A stretch of 64,000 nucleotides of DNA from an uncultured Verrucomicrobiota bacterium (GTDB lineage Bacteria > Verrucomicrobiota > Verrucomicrobiia > Limisphaerales > CAZZJO01), in the NCBI GenBank assembly GCA_964654645.1, contig CAZZJO010000007.1, positions 33,706 through 97,705 on the forward strand, in the 5' to 3' direction. Made by a program: the position numbers and the translations under genes. The stretch's first letter is position 1. Every line of letters starts with the position of its first letter. Positions 41,601-50,403 of the stretch are shown one piece after another. The notes below the pieces were generated by a model that was not told the DNA's origin, searched no databases, and was given only the letters and a program-made list of their open reading frames with translations.

Positions 41601-43206
41601 CATCAGTGTTATCGGCATCCTGATCACACGTGGCATTTTCACCCCCACGCTCACAGCCTTGCGGATTTCCCTCGTAAGCAATTAAACGCAGGTTTTCAGA
41701 AGCACCAACTGTAATAACATTTTTCGCATTGCCAGGGGCACACACTGACCCCTCACTAGGCCCCCCATTCCCCGCCGCGAACACCACAACCATCTCTTGG
41801 TTTCCAGGCAGTGGGTTCACAGCAGTTAGAGGTACCGCATCTCGCACTAATCCATCATAAACCTGCGAAAATAGTACGTAAGAATTCTGTCTGCTACCCC
41901 AACTGTTATTGCTTATACGGGCACCCAGTAAATAGGCAGTTGAAACCAGATCCACTGGATCCGGGTTAGTCCAAGCATCTGGATCAAAAACTACAGAGGC
42001 ACCTACTTTAACAAATGGGCAAATTCCTAAGCCATACTTGTAACCTTCAGGATCAACATGCGGATACCCCATAACATTTTCACCTACATAACCTGCAATA
42101 ATATGAGCGTTTAATGTCCCATGCCCGTCACATCCTGCCAATGTACTTCCCCCCCCATTAGGGAAACCCGCGAGCCAGCTATATGCCACCCGACTCCCTT
42201 GGGTAAAATCACCAAACCTATATAGTGCAAAGTGATTGGGTTCTACTGTACCATTATCAATCCCGCTGTCTGTTATATCAACTATAAAGTCCGAAGTGTC
42301 GAACTGCTCTTGAGTAAATCCTAATTCGTGCAACCAATCTAAATACCCAGGTCCACATAAGCTTCCGTTTGTCACCATTCCTGCCACAATTATCGCTTGG
42401 CGTTCGTCAAGCTTTCGTGGGGGATCAACAGGAATTACTGATAACACTGAGGTCAGCCGGGCTAAATCAAAGGCTATTCCACTTTCCCCTTCACAAATTG
42501 CATAGGTAAATTGGTTGTAATTGAATGAATTGATTATCCGCCCGCCTCTCCTGGAGATCACAGATTCGAAGTCCCTCATTTCAAGCCCAGCTTCTTGCAA
42601 TAACTGAACGCCTATATAAAGCGTGTTTTTCCGTTTTTGAAAAGCGGAAACTGCCCGGGAGGTTAAGCTGGGATGTATCTTCAACTCCGCGCTTAATTCC
42701 CCATCCCATTCGACAAATTCATTTGTTCTAGCCCATTCTTGGCAACGGACTAACTGGGCTGCTCCACCTGCCACAAGGTAAGCATTTTGAGGTACGTATC
42801 CCACCACTCTCACTCCAGTAGCTTCAAGTCCTCGGACCCAATCGGGTTTTATCGGCCCAATAAATTGCACTAAATACAAACCATTACCCCCAGGCTTGGG
42901 AAACGCTGAAATTTTACCCCTTTTTGCTTTCCATTGTGTCGTCCCTGTTTCAATAGCACCCGCAGGTAGAAGTAACTTTGGCGATTGTAACTCTATCTTT
43001 GGCCCTCTTAATTGAACCTCCTCTTGAAAGGCTTCGATAAGCTTAAAAGACCCGTACTCCACCAATACTTTCCCCTTGCTCCCAGTCCCTATCGACCCAT
43101 CTTTATCCGCGTATACAAGCAGCCTTACAGGACTACCCTCCGACGCCCATATGCACAGGCTCAGCAACACACACACCACTGCCGTTCGGGCCATCTGCAT
43201 TTTCAT
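38632..43206 (-). CDS. Giant secreted subtilisin-like (S8) serine protease with proprotein-convertase P-domain and multiple Ig/CARDB-like C-terminal domains
   Basis: Signal peptide, catalytic Asp (ITDSGIDNG), His (CDGHGTLNAHIIAG), oxyanion Asn (AAGNGGP) and Ser (SSGTSHSAPAVAGA). A P-domain-like segment follows (GEWQLFVVSDPSQTNDGILGGWTLELEV). Confidence 0.9.
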   Translation of the reverse strand: MKMQMARTAVVCVLLSLCIWASEGSPVRLLVYADKDGSIGTGSKGKVLVEYGSFKLIEAFQEEVQLRGPKIELQSPKLLLPAGAIETGTTQWKAKRGKISAFPKPGGNGLYLVQFIGPIKPDWVRGLEATGVRVVGYVPQNAYLVAGGAAQLVRCQEWARTNEFVEWDGELSAELKIHPSLTSRAVSAFQKRKNTLYIGVQLLQEAGLEMRDFESVISRRGGRIINSFNYNQFTYAICEGESGIAFDLARLTSVLSVIPVDPPRKLDERQAIIVAGMVTNGSLCGPGYLDWLHELGFTQEQFDTSDFIVDITDSGIDNGTVEPNHFALYRFGDFTQGSRVAYSWLAGFPNGGGSTLAGCDGHGTLNAHIIAGYVGENVMGYPHVDPEGYKYGLGICPFVKVGASVVFDPDAWTNPDPVDLVSTAYLLGARISNNSWGSRQNSYVLFSQVYDGLVRDAVPLTAVNPLPGNQEMVVVFAAGNGGPSEGSVCAPGNAKNVITVGASENLRLIAYEGNPQGCERGGENATCDQDADNTDEVASFSSRGPCPDGRMKPDLVAPGTHITGGVIQAGKIGPNGGLGAADPCFSGSAVSALPGAETNWSARFYPSGQEFYTISSGTSHSAPAVAGACALLRQYFLNLGLPPPSAAMTKAYLINSARYLSGAGDNLWSPAQGMGALDLRRMFDGVPRFLRDQHAADVFTATGQRRVFIGQVGDTNKPYRVTIAWTDAPGTLNGGAAYVNDLDLTLELEGEVYIGNVFSNAFSIPGGAYDRCNNVESVFLPPGVGKDFVLTVTAANIAGDGVPAFGDGLDQDFALVVYNVGYVLALERVDFEECDQGRQNGAIDCGEVVVLKCQVKNCGPASVSNVVFQLMPTLGIWVFDGPSELVNLQSGEAYEYKCRVLVAGEFGEKRAGTLKVAIPGRREELLTFEIPLGKTITNIYRFGNTNVIGGVDGWDLNGCKPNLYPSTIAVPLLTGNLSRFAVTLHEITSANPLKLKAMLLTPDGNAIGLMSGAGSENSITNVTITLTSGARSLPRLKDLLPGVYAPTLWDELTNGVFPSPAPQDPVWCAVDTLGGINPSGEWQLFVVSDPSQTNDGILGGWTLELEVTNRVFDPVLLGWCDLSIHGMVSTNVVNLESCFEYMVTLTNRGPVTATNLAVEFDFPDGVFVIDAWLESGELNVGSNVLTWVVPHLNPGEAFSCVLTNLALHPGNKIISAAIRTHIIDPFWLDNETKCEFRINSPPELSGLPSEVKSEVWEYIILKCRIEDIDDPVTNISIRCFSTVPEVIPEDSISIVWEGKEDELWFSFGPTNVGSGEIEVVVSDGWIQKTNSVTIRVYPRNERPWFYLENPNLIVHVGMPVEVHIHAEDQNIKNSDLPAQTLRFWLGGAPPGATISPTEGTVFWLPTHEDVGTHEFTVCVGDGGWEGWNELTNSVSFNVEVRPPPQVKVTLIPEARSFYLVWDAIPELNYCVEWAPHPSGPWQILTDSDGQPYYIKATGDEVWVWVHMLDHVSTAFFRIRTGNGN

Positions 43207-43346
43207 TTCAAATGTATTTAGACGGCCACACGCCCACCACCCTTCAGGTTTTTACTCCTATTTGGCGGTGGCTGTCGTTTACCCTTCCCCTTTTCCCACA
43301 ACAAGTTTGGGTCTTTGCCCGAACAGCGAGGCGCAACGGGAATCAC

Positions 43347-44036
43347 TTATACGTATACAACTTTTTTCCGCCGATGGCAAAGCTTTTTCCCCATAAATAA
43401 TCCAAAGATAAATCCCCCAATATGTGCCCACCATGCTACCCCTCCAAAATTACCTGCCCCGGTCAAACTCAGCACCCCATTAAAAAACTGGATGATAAAC
43501 CACACCCCTAAATACACAACGGCTGGTATCATTATCGTAGGACCCAAGAAAAATGGGGGAATAATCGTTTCTACCATCGCTAGCGGGTAAAACCTAAAAT
43601 ACGCACCCATGACCGCCGAAACAGCGCCACTAGCTCCTATCGTAGGAACTCCAAGGTTAGGATTTGTAACTATGTGAATTAGGCTCGCAAAAACTCCGCC
43701 CAGTAAATACAAAAGTAGATAACGAAAATATCCTAAACGATCCTCTACGTTATCCCCGAATATCCACAGGATCCACATATTTCCAATAAGATGCAACCAG
43801 TCTCCATGAAGAAACATTGCCGAAAAAAATGGCACCAGAAGCTGACCAGGAGTATGCAACTGCGCAACTTCAAGACATGTATACCGTAACGGGATAATCG
43901 AATACCGAGCCAAGACTTCATCCAAATTCCAGCCCAGCATCAACTCCCAAACAAAAACGATTAAATTGGCTCCTATCAATACGGTGGTCACAATCGGATA
44001 ACGCGAAGAGGGAATATTGTCACGTAAAGGAAACAT
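43347..44036 (-). CDS. Rhomboid family intramembrane serine protease
   Basis: Multiple TM segments, HGDWLHLIGNM, catalytic GASGAVSAVMG and AHIGGFIFG. Confidence 0.85.
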   Translation of the reverse strand: MFPLRDNIPSSRYPIVTTVLIGANLIVFVWELMLGWNLDEVLARYSIIPLRYTCLEVAQLHTPGQLLVPFFSAMFLHGDWLHLIGNMWILWIFGDNVEDRLGYFRYLLLYLLGGVFASLIHIVTNPNLGVPTIGASGAVSAVMGAYFRFYPLAMVETIIPPFFLGPTIMIPAVVYLGVWFIIQFFNGVLSLTGAGNFGGVAWWAHIGGFIFGLFMGKKLCHRRKKVVYV

Positions 44037-44355
44037 AAAAATGCTCGTTGCTGTCTAAATGAATCTACCTTCTGGTGCACCGGTACGCACGCGTTTTTGA
44101 CGGCATTTTGATATGCTCAGATAAAATTCCTGCAGAGAGGCACAAACCGGAGAGACAATTTTGCGTGAAGTGCCTATTCCACTTCCCTCTTTTAAACTAT
44201 CAAATTGCATGTTCCGCACTAAAACATTTTGCCATTATAAACTTATCCCGAAGTCTAAGACAAATCTTATATATTTACAAACCCAATAAGAAGTAACTCC
44301 AACTGGTAATAGCGTACTGTTTAATAGCACACAAAAAGCGCTAACTATCAAAGCA

Positions 44356-44385
44356 TTGACAACGCCGCACAAAAATTGCATTTTT
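44356..44385 (+). promoter_or_regulatory. Candidate sigma-70 promoter for tRNA-Lys
   Basis: A perfect -35 TTGACA at 44356-44361 is followed 17-18 nt later by a weak AT-rich -10 (CATTTT/ATTTTT), about 12 nt upstream of the tRNA 5' end. Confidence 0.3.
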
Positions 44386-44397
44386 TGCCTGGTTAGT

Positions 44398-44473
44398 GCC
44401 TCGGTAGCTCAATTGGTAGAGCAGCGGACTCTTAATCCGTTGGCTCCAGGTTCGAGTCCTGGCCGGGGCACCA
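44398..44473 (+). tRNA. tRNA-Lys (anticodon CTT), genomically encoded CCA
   Basis: Hand-folded cloverleaf. Acceptor GCCTCGG/CCGGGGC includes one G-U pair. D arm is GCTC-AATTGGTA-GAGC. Anticodon arm is GCGGA-CTCTTAA-TCCGT. T arm is CCAGG-TTCGAGT-CCTGG. The discriminator is A, followed by CCA. Confidence 0.95.
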
Positions 44474-44545
44474 AATTTTTGAACCCAACCCCAAGCCTCC
44501 ATGTCTTAAATTTTGGTTAACCTAGAAATAAGAGGCTTTCCAAAT

Positions 44546-45889
44546 ATGAAACGGCTTTGTTCTCAGCTAATAGCGCTAATTATCTTAACAGCTGGCATTT
44601 TCCTGGGCACAGCCAACGCCACAATCAGCTTTGCTCCAACCCTTGAGAAGGTAAACGGTGCCCTTCTCATAGTAAAATCATCCTCCCAAACGCGCGATAT
44701 ATCCCCTCAACCGTTCAATCGACAGTTTGGAATTCCCTTTCGAGAACGCTTTCGAAGCTTTTTCCCAGAAGAACCCTTGGAGCCAGGCCAAAACAAAGAC
44801 ACACTTGCCATATGTGTTACAGAGGAACGCCACTGCATTACCTACATGCCTAGAGCTAAGGAAGGTGACTCACTCCAAATCCTACTCCCAAATTCAAAAC
44901 AATCCAGAACTGCTAAAGTTATCACAGTCGATAGAGACAGTGGGATCGCATTATTGGATTGCAGGGACGAGTGTGGGAGCAAAACCGTACCATTAGGAAC
45001 TTTGGAAGATGTTAGAGCAGGTGATTTAGTACTAATCATTGGAACTGAAAATGAGACAATCGTTCCACAAATTGGTTTAGTTGCAAGTGTTGACCATGAC
45101 GAAGTAATTATTACAGCTCCCCAGAGCGTTTCTGGAGACCTCGTAATAACAGGCGAAGGCCAATTTTTGGGGATTTTGAGCAAAACTGAGCAAGGGCGGA
45201 CCTACAAACTCATCCCACCTAAAACTATCGCTCAATTTCTGGAACCCGAAACAAGAGTAAAAGAAAAGATAGGGTATCTGGGGGTTATAATTCAGGAATT
45301 GTCCCCCGATTTAAAAGAGTTCCTTAAAATCCGCGGTACCGGTGTGGTTGTAGCAGAAGTCTTACCAGGGTCACCCGCAGAAAAAGCTGGTTTGAAACCC
45401 GGCGATGTAATTACCCATTTTAAAGAACAACCAGTGGTTTCACCCGAACAATTTAAGCGGGCGGTGAGATCTACTCCACCCGGTTCCAGTGTCACAATGC
45501 AAATCGATCGCGAAGGACGGAGGTTGACCATCAAAATTATCATCGAGCCACTCCCCAGGACGGCTAGCTCTCGCATCCCCCCAGATAAGTCCTCTATAAC
45601 CCAAACTCCAGAAGACCTCGGCATCATCGTGGAAGAATTAAATGACGTTCTCCGACATAAATACGGAATCCCAACAAGCGTCAAAGGACTCATAATTACC
45701 GAAGTCAACCCACGATCAATTGGTTGGCAAGCTGGCCTTAAACCAGGAGATGTAATCCTGGAAGCGAATAAAAAACCTATGAAAACCCCTCAAGATCTCG
45801 AAGAGGCGATAAAACAGAGTGAATCCAAGCTTCTCATCCGGGTGTGGTCAAAAGGAGCTGCGAAGTTCTTAGTAGTACCGTTAAAATAA
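44546..45889 (+). CDS. Divergent HtrA/DegP-like protein with two PDZ domains
   Basis: Signal peptide and a trypsin-fold-like N-terminal half with divergent motifs. Two clear PDZ domains follow (GVVVAEVLPGSPAEKAGLKPGDVI and GLIITEVNPRSIGWQAGLKPGDVI). Confidence 0.7.
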   Translation: MKRLCSQLIALIILTAGIFLGTANATISFAPTLEKVNGALLIVKSSSQTRDISPQPFNRQFGIPFRERFRSFFPEEPLEPGQNKDTLAICVTEERHCITYMPRAKEGDSLQILLPNSKQSRTAKVITVDRDSGIALLDCRDECGSKTVPLGTLEDVRAGDLVLIIGTENETIVPQIGLVASVDHDEVIITAPQSVSGDLVITGEGQFLGILSKTEQGRTYKLIPPKTIAQFLEPETRVKEKIGYLGVIIQELSPDLKEFLKIRGTGVVVAEVLPGSPAEKAGLKPGDVITHFKEQPVVSPEQFKRAVRSTPPGSSVTMQIDREGRRLTIKIIIEPLPRTASSRIPPDKSSITQTPEDLGIIVEELNDVLRHKYGIPTSVKGLIITEVNPRSIGWQAGLKPGDVILEANKKPMKTPQDLEEAIKQSESKLLIRVWSKGAAKFLVVPLK

Positions 45890-46156
45890 GAACGCGCCCA
45901 AAAAGGGATACGCATTAAAGGCATTCACCGGTAACAAACCAATTTATTCTCCCCATACCATCATTTATTCCCACGGAACAACCTTGACACCCCCAAGTCG
46001 GTAAAAAGTTGAAGCATTTCTATGCAACCACCCTCATATTCTCAAAGTGTAGCAAGGACATATGGGAAGCTTTCTCTTTGAGGTCGGCATTTCTGGTATA
46101 TAGTGGCACGTACATTTAAATTGCCATGTACTTCCGAAGCAAGATATAAACTTAAC

Positions 46157-46582
46157 ATGAAGCAGGCTTTAAATCCCAAGAGCGGTCCCAAACCAATAGG
46201 ACCCTACAATCAAGCTATCAAAGTTGGGGATTTCCTCTTTTGTTCAGGGCAAATACCTATCAACCCAAACACAGGTCAACTAGTTGAAGGAGACATCCAG
46301 GTGCAAACCACTCAAGTAATCGAAAACATAAAATCAATACTACAAAGCGCCGGATTAAACCTTGAAAACGTGGTTAAAACCACGGTTTACATGACTGACC
46401 TCACAGAATTTCCCGCAATGAATGAAGTTTATGCCAAATATTTTGGCCCTGTGTACCCAGCCAGGACTACCGTCCAGGTTGACGACTTGCCAAGAGGAGC
46501 CAAAATTGAAATTGATGTGATTGCTCACTTCTCATCCACACCTAGTGTGTCTAACCTTACAAGTCCAACAGTAAAAAGTTGA
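46157..46582 (+). CDS. ridA: RidA/YjgF family reactive intermediate deaminase
   Basis: PIGPYNQAIKVGDFLFCSGQIP and ARTTVQVDDLPRGAKIEIDVIA. ATG 46157 is preferred over GTG 46103. There is a short Ser/Thr/Pro-rich C-terminal tail. Confidence 0.85.
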   Translation: MKQALNPKSGPKPIGPYNQAIKVGDFLFCSGQIPINPNTGQLVEGDIQVQTTQVIENIKSILQSAGLNLENVVKTTVYMTDLTEFPAMNEVYAKYFGPVYPARTTVQVDDLPRGAKIEIDVIAHFSSTPSVSNLTSPTVKS

Positions 46583-46614
46583 CTTTTATCACCTAAATTC
46601 CTTAAAGAACAAAC

Positions 46615-47250
46615 ATGCATAGACTGTTTGAGAAACGTGTTTGTGCAGTTGCAGCAATTAATTCAACAGATGAAGCTCTCCGCTTGGCAGAGGCTCTACT
46701 AGCAGGTGGGTTGAACGTAATTGAGATAACATTCCGCACTTCGGCAGCTGAAGATGCAATTACAAAAGTACGTGAAAAATTCCCTGAAATGCTTGTGGGG
46801 GCAGGAACTATTTTAACGGTGGATCAGGTCCGACGGGCTTATGATGCTGGTGCTCATTTTGGAGTTAGCCCAGGACTAAGCGAAACAGTTGTGCAATTCG
46901 CGAATCACCTCAATTGGGACTTTATTCCAGGAGTCATGACCCCAACCGAAATAGAAGCGGCGCTGATGTTAGAATGCACGATTTTGAAATTTTTCCCAGC
47001 AGAAGCCGCCGGGGGGATTGCCATGTTAAAAGCGCTCATGGGTCCCTACAGCCACACAGGTGTAAAATTCATTCCATTGGGAGGTATTAACGCTTCAAAC
47101 GCTGCAGAATATCTCAAATTACCAATAGTGGCTGCAATCGGGGGAACTTGGTTAGCCGATAAAAAACTAATAAAAGCTGGGGAATGGAGCAAGATTACTG
47201 AACTGACGAAACAAATTCTTGAAATAGCCAGAAATACACAATCAGACTAA
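46615..47250 (+). CDS. eda: KDPG / 4-hydroxy-2-oxoglutarate aldolase
   Basis: VIEITFRT, GAGTILT, the Schiff-base Lys region (ILKFFPAEAAGG) and FIPLGGI. Confidence 0.85.
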   Translation: MHRLFEKRVCAVAAINSTDEALRLAEALLAGGLNVIEITFRTSAAEDAITKVREKFPEMLVGAGTILTVDQVRRAYDAGAHFGVSPGLSETVVQFANHLNWDFIPGVMTPTEIEAALMLECTILKFFPAEAAGGIAMLKALMGPYSHTGVKFIPLGGINASNAAEYLKLPIVAAIGGTWLADKKLIKAGEWSKITELTKQILEIARNTQSD

Positions 47251-47265
47251 TCATACATTTATTTA

Positions 47266-48297
47266 CTAGCAAATCCTTGGGAGTTCAACGCCGAGAGGCA
47301 TTTCTAAAATCCGACGCGTTCCACTGGAGGTTCGCAATATTACACCGCCAGAACCCTCTTCTACAAATCCAATCACTGAAGCATTCAAACCAAATTCTTT
47401 TAGTGCGGTTATTGCCATCTCGGTAAATTCCTTTGGCATAAAAGCCACAAACCTACCTTCGCACGCAATACTAAGGGGGTCCAATCCTAGTATCTCGCAA
47501 GCAGCTTTTACAGGCTCGATTATTGGGACCAAGTCCTCCTGTATCTCAAACTTTTTTCCGCTTGCCAGTGCAAGTTCATTGAGAGTCGATGCCAATCCCC
47601 CACGCGTTAAATCCCTCATACAATGCAAAGGAATCCCTAAATTTAAAAGCCGCTCCACCTGAGGCCACACCGCATCAACATCGCTCTCAACGGCTGTCTC
47701 AAAATTCAAACCCTCTCGTCCACTCAATACAGCAATCCCATGACGCCCAATGTCCCCACTTACCACAATTGCATCTCCCACTTGGATATTCTTGGGCAGT
47801 GGCTCTACTCCATGCTCTATTACACCAAGTCCCGCAGTAACCAAATAAAGTCCGTCTCCTTTCCCCCGCTCCACTACCTTTGTGTCCCCGGCAACTACCA
47901 CCACACCAATTTGTTTGGCAGTTATCCGCACGGACTCCACCACCCGGCATAAATCCGCCATTTTAAAACCTTCCTCTAAAATAAATGCTGCACTCAGGTA
48001 TAGAGGTTTCGCCCCACACATCGCGAGATCATTCACAGTACCGCACACCGCAAGTTTACCTATGTCACCTCCGGGAAAGAAAATTGGGCGCACCACATGA
48101 GCATCTATCGTAATAGCCATTTGGCAATTACTAACACTTATGATTGCCGCGTCATGCCCCTGGCTTAAAACGGGATTATTTAAGGCTGGTTTAAACAATT
48201 CCTCGATTAGATTTTGGGTCAAACGTCCTCCACCTCCATGTCCCAACACTATCGTATCATACATCGAATTTGGCAATGGACATGCAAAACTGTTCAT
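47266..48297 (-). CDS. hypE: Hydrogenase maturation carbamoyl dehydratase HypE
   Basis: N-terminus MNSFACPLPNSMYDTIVLGHGGGGRL, an AIR-synthase-like fold and the canonical C-terminal PRIC. The tracked ORF extends to 48501 and would overlap hypD, so ATG 48297 is preferred. Confidence 0.9.
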   Translation of the reverse strand: MNSFACPLPNSMYDTIVLGHGGGGRLTQNLIEELFKPALNNPVLSQGHDAAIISVSNCQMAITIDAHVVRPIFFPGGDIGKLAVCGTVNDLAMCGAKPLYLSAAFILEEGFKMADLCRVVESVRITAKQIGVVVVAGDTKVVERGKGDGLYLVTAGLGVIEHGVEPLPKNIQVGDAIVVSGDIGRHGIAVLSGREGLNFETAVESDVDAVWPQVERLLNLGIPLHCMRDLTRGGLASTLNELALASGKKFEIQEDLVPIIEPVKAACEILGLDPLSIACEGRFVAFMPKEFTEMAITALKEFGLNASVIGFVEEGSGGVILRTSSGTRRILEMPLGVELPRIC

Positions 48298-48338
48298 ACC
48301 TTTAAGAGGTACCCATGCAAGGTGATTACCGTAAAGTC

Positions 48339-49439
48339 CTAGCCCTGGCCTCGCGTGCGCACGTAAAGATAATAAGCCGCACAAGCCCCCTCGCTGGAAA
48401 CCATTGGTGCACCTAAAGGATGCTGCGGTGTACATTCCGTAGCGAAAAAGGGGCACTCCGTCGGTTTTATGCGACCCATTAGCACCTCTCCAGCTCGACA
48501 TCGTGGATTTTTTTCGGCATATATGCCTCCGCCCAAACTAAATCGGCGAACGGCATCGAACTGCACAAATTCCTCCCGCATTGCCAATCCACCTTGCTTC
48601 ACTACTCCAACACCGCGCCATTCCCGGTCCATAGGGAAAAAGACCTTATTTATCAACTCCTGGGCGAGTTTGTTGCCCTCCCGTCTAACACTCCTACGGT
48701 ACTGGTTCAGAATTGCAACTTTACCCGATTCTAACAACTCTATTAACATTACTAACCCTTGTAAAATATCAACCTGTTCAAACCCTGTAACTACAATTGG
48801 CACCTTGTATTCTTGACTGATCTTTTCATATTCCGCGTAACCCATCACAGTACAGACGTGACCGGGGGCTAAAAATCCATCTATTTTGCAATCCGGGGAA
48901 CTTAGTAATAAGCATAGAACAGGTGGTACGCGTAGGTGTGCCACTAATACGGAAAAATTCACTAGCCTTTCTTGAGACGCCTTTAAAATCACTGCAGCCG
49001 TCGCAGGGGCGGTAGTTTCAAACCCAATTGCAAAAAATACCACCTCACGATCTGGATTGTGTCTAGCAATATCAAGCGCATCCAAAGGCGAATACACAAC
49101 TCGTACGTCTCCCCCCTGCGCACGCGCTGTAAACAAATCGCCGGTCGTACCTGGGACACGCATCATATCACCAAAAGTACAAAGAATTGTTTTATGCTTA
49201 ATTGCAAGCTCAATAGCCTTATCAATCTCTGAAGCAGCAGTCACACATACTGGGCAACCAGGGCCGTGCAACAACTCTATGTTCGTGGGCAACAATTGAT
49301 CTAGTCCATTCCGCAAAATGCTATGTGTTTGCCCCCCGCAAACTTCCATAACTCGCCATCCGGCCCTTGTAATCTCTTGCAGCCGGTGCGCAAGTCGTCT
49401 TACTAAGTCTACATCCCTATATTCACTAAGATACTGCAT
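48339..49439 (-). CDS. hypD: Hydrogenase maturation factor HypD
   Basis: MEVCGGQTHSI, HGPGCPVCVT, GFETTAP and APGHVCTVMG motifs. Confidence 0.9.
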   Translation of the reverse strand: MQYLSEYRDVDLVRRLAHRLQEITRAGWRVMEVCGGQTHSILRNGLDQLLPTNIELLHGPGCPVCVTAASEIDKAIELAIKHKTILCTFGDMMRVPGTTGDLFTARAQGGDVRVVYSPLDALDIARHNPDREVVFFAIGFETTAPATAAVILKASQERLVNFSVLVAHLRVPPVLCLLLSSPDCKIDGFLAPGHVCTVMGYAEYEKISQEYKVPIVVTGFEQVDILQGLVMLIELLESGKVAILNQYRRSVRREGNKLAQELINKVFFPMDREWRGVGVVKQGGLAMREEFVQFDAVRRFSLGGGIYAEKNPRCRAGEVLMGRIKPTECPFFATECTPQHPLGAPMVSSEGACAAYYLYVRTRGQG

Positions 49440-49590
49440 CTAGGACGACCAAAGCCAATGTATTCCAAATTGCACCTGCTTACAACACAATAGGAAACCG
49501 GCTAAAAAAGTCGAGCCACACTGAGAATTTTGATACGCACTTAAGTTGACGTCTCCACTAAATTGCGTAAAAAATTGTAATTAACAAGCT

Positions 49591-50163
49591 ATGCAAGTAT
49601 TACCATCAGAACTTAAAAGAGGCACTGTAATTTTACTAGAGAACACCCCGCATGTAGTGGAAGAAATGTATGTGACGGGGACTGCTCAAACCCGACACAA
49701 GCTGCATACAAAACTGCGAAATTTGAAGACTGGGCGATTTGTAGAACGTGTATTTACCGACAACGACCGAGTCCAGACTGTAGAGGTAGATTATCGCATG
49801 GTTCAGTACTCTTATAAACAAGGCGATAACTATGTGTTTCTCGACACTGAAACGTACGACGAAGTGACCCTAACAGCAGATCAGATTGGGGAGAGACGAT
49901 TTTTTCTAATAGAGAACCAAGAGTATCGAGCGATCTTTCTAGAAGGCAAATTATTGGATATCGTGTTGCCCCCTTCAATGGTGTTAGAAGTGGTTGATAC
50001 CGCTCCGGCAATCAAAGGTGGGTCTGATTCCACATGGAAACCCGCGAAACTTGAAACCGGGTTAGAAATCATGGTTCCCCTGTTTATCGAAAAGGGCGAA
50101 AAGGTACGGGTCGATACGGAAACCAAGAAATACCTCGGTAAAGAATCTCCTAAGGGAAAATAA
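49591..50163 (+). CDS. Elongation factor P family protein (YeiP/EfpL-like rather than canonical EF-P)
   Basis: 190 aa with three-domain EF-P architecture. The C-terminal DTAPAIKGGSDSTWKPAKLETGLEIMVPLFIEKGEKVRVDT fits the family. The beta3-beta4 loop reads VTGTAQTRHK instead of KPGKG. Confidence 0.8.
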   Translation: MQVLPSELKRGTVILLENTPHVVEEMYVTGTAQTRHKLHTKLRNLKTGRFVERVFTDNDRVQTVEVDYRMVQYSYKQGDNYVFLDTETYDEVTLTADQIGERRFFLIENQEYRAIFLEGKLLDIVLPPSMVLEVVDTAPAIKGGSDSTWKPAKLETGLEIMVPLFIEKGEKVRVDTETKKYLGKESPKGK

Positions 50164-50403
50164 ATAGTCTCAAGCCTACAATACATGCCCAAAAACTTTA
50201 AAAAAGCTTGCAATTAAAGAGTATCAAATTATTTTTTCGCATGCTTGGACGCCGCGGGTGCGGATGTTCCAGCCAGTCAAAAGTAAACAACATAAGCAGA
50301 ATTAAACGGGATTAGCTTTGTCTCGTTTTGATAAACCACTGGGATGGTTAGGCTGACCAACCCTGGTGGATAACAGAATAAACCTAAAAGCCGATCTGTA
50401 AAT

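Noticed and set aside
44398-44473. The tRNA-Lys as an integration site for a genomic island (flanked by protease genes).
   Set aside because: There is no integrase or recombinase, no duplicated tRNA 3' fragment (attachment-site repeat) visible nearby, and no obvious compositional break.
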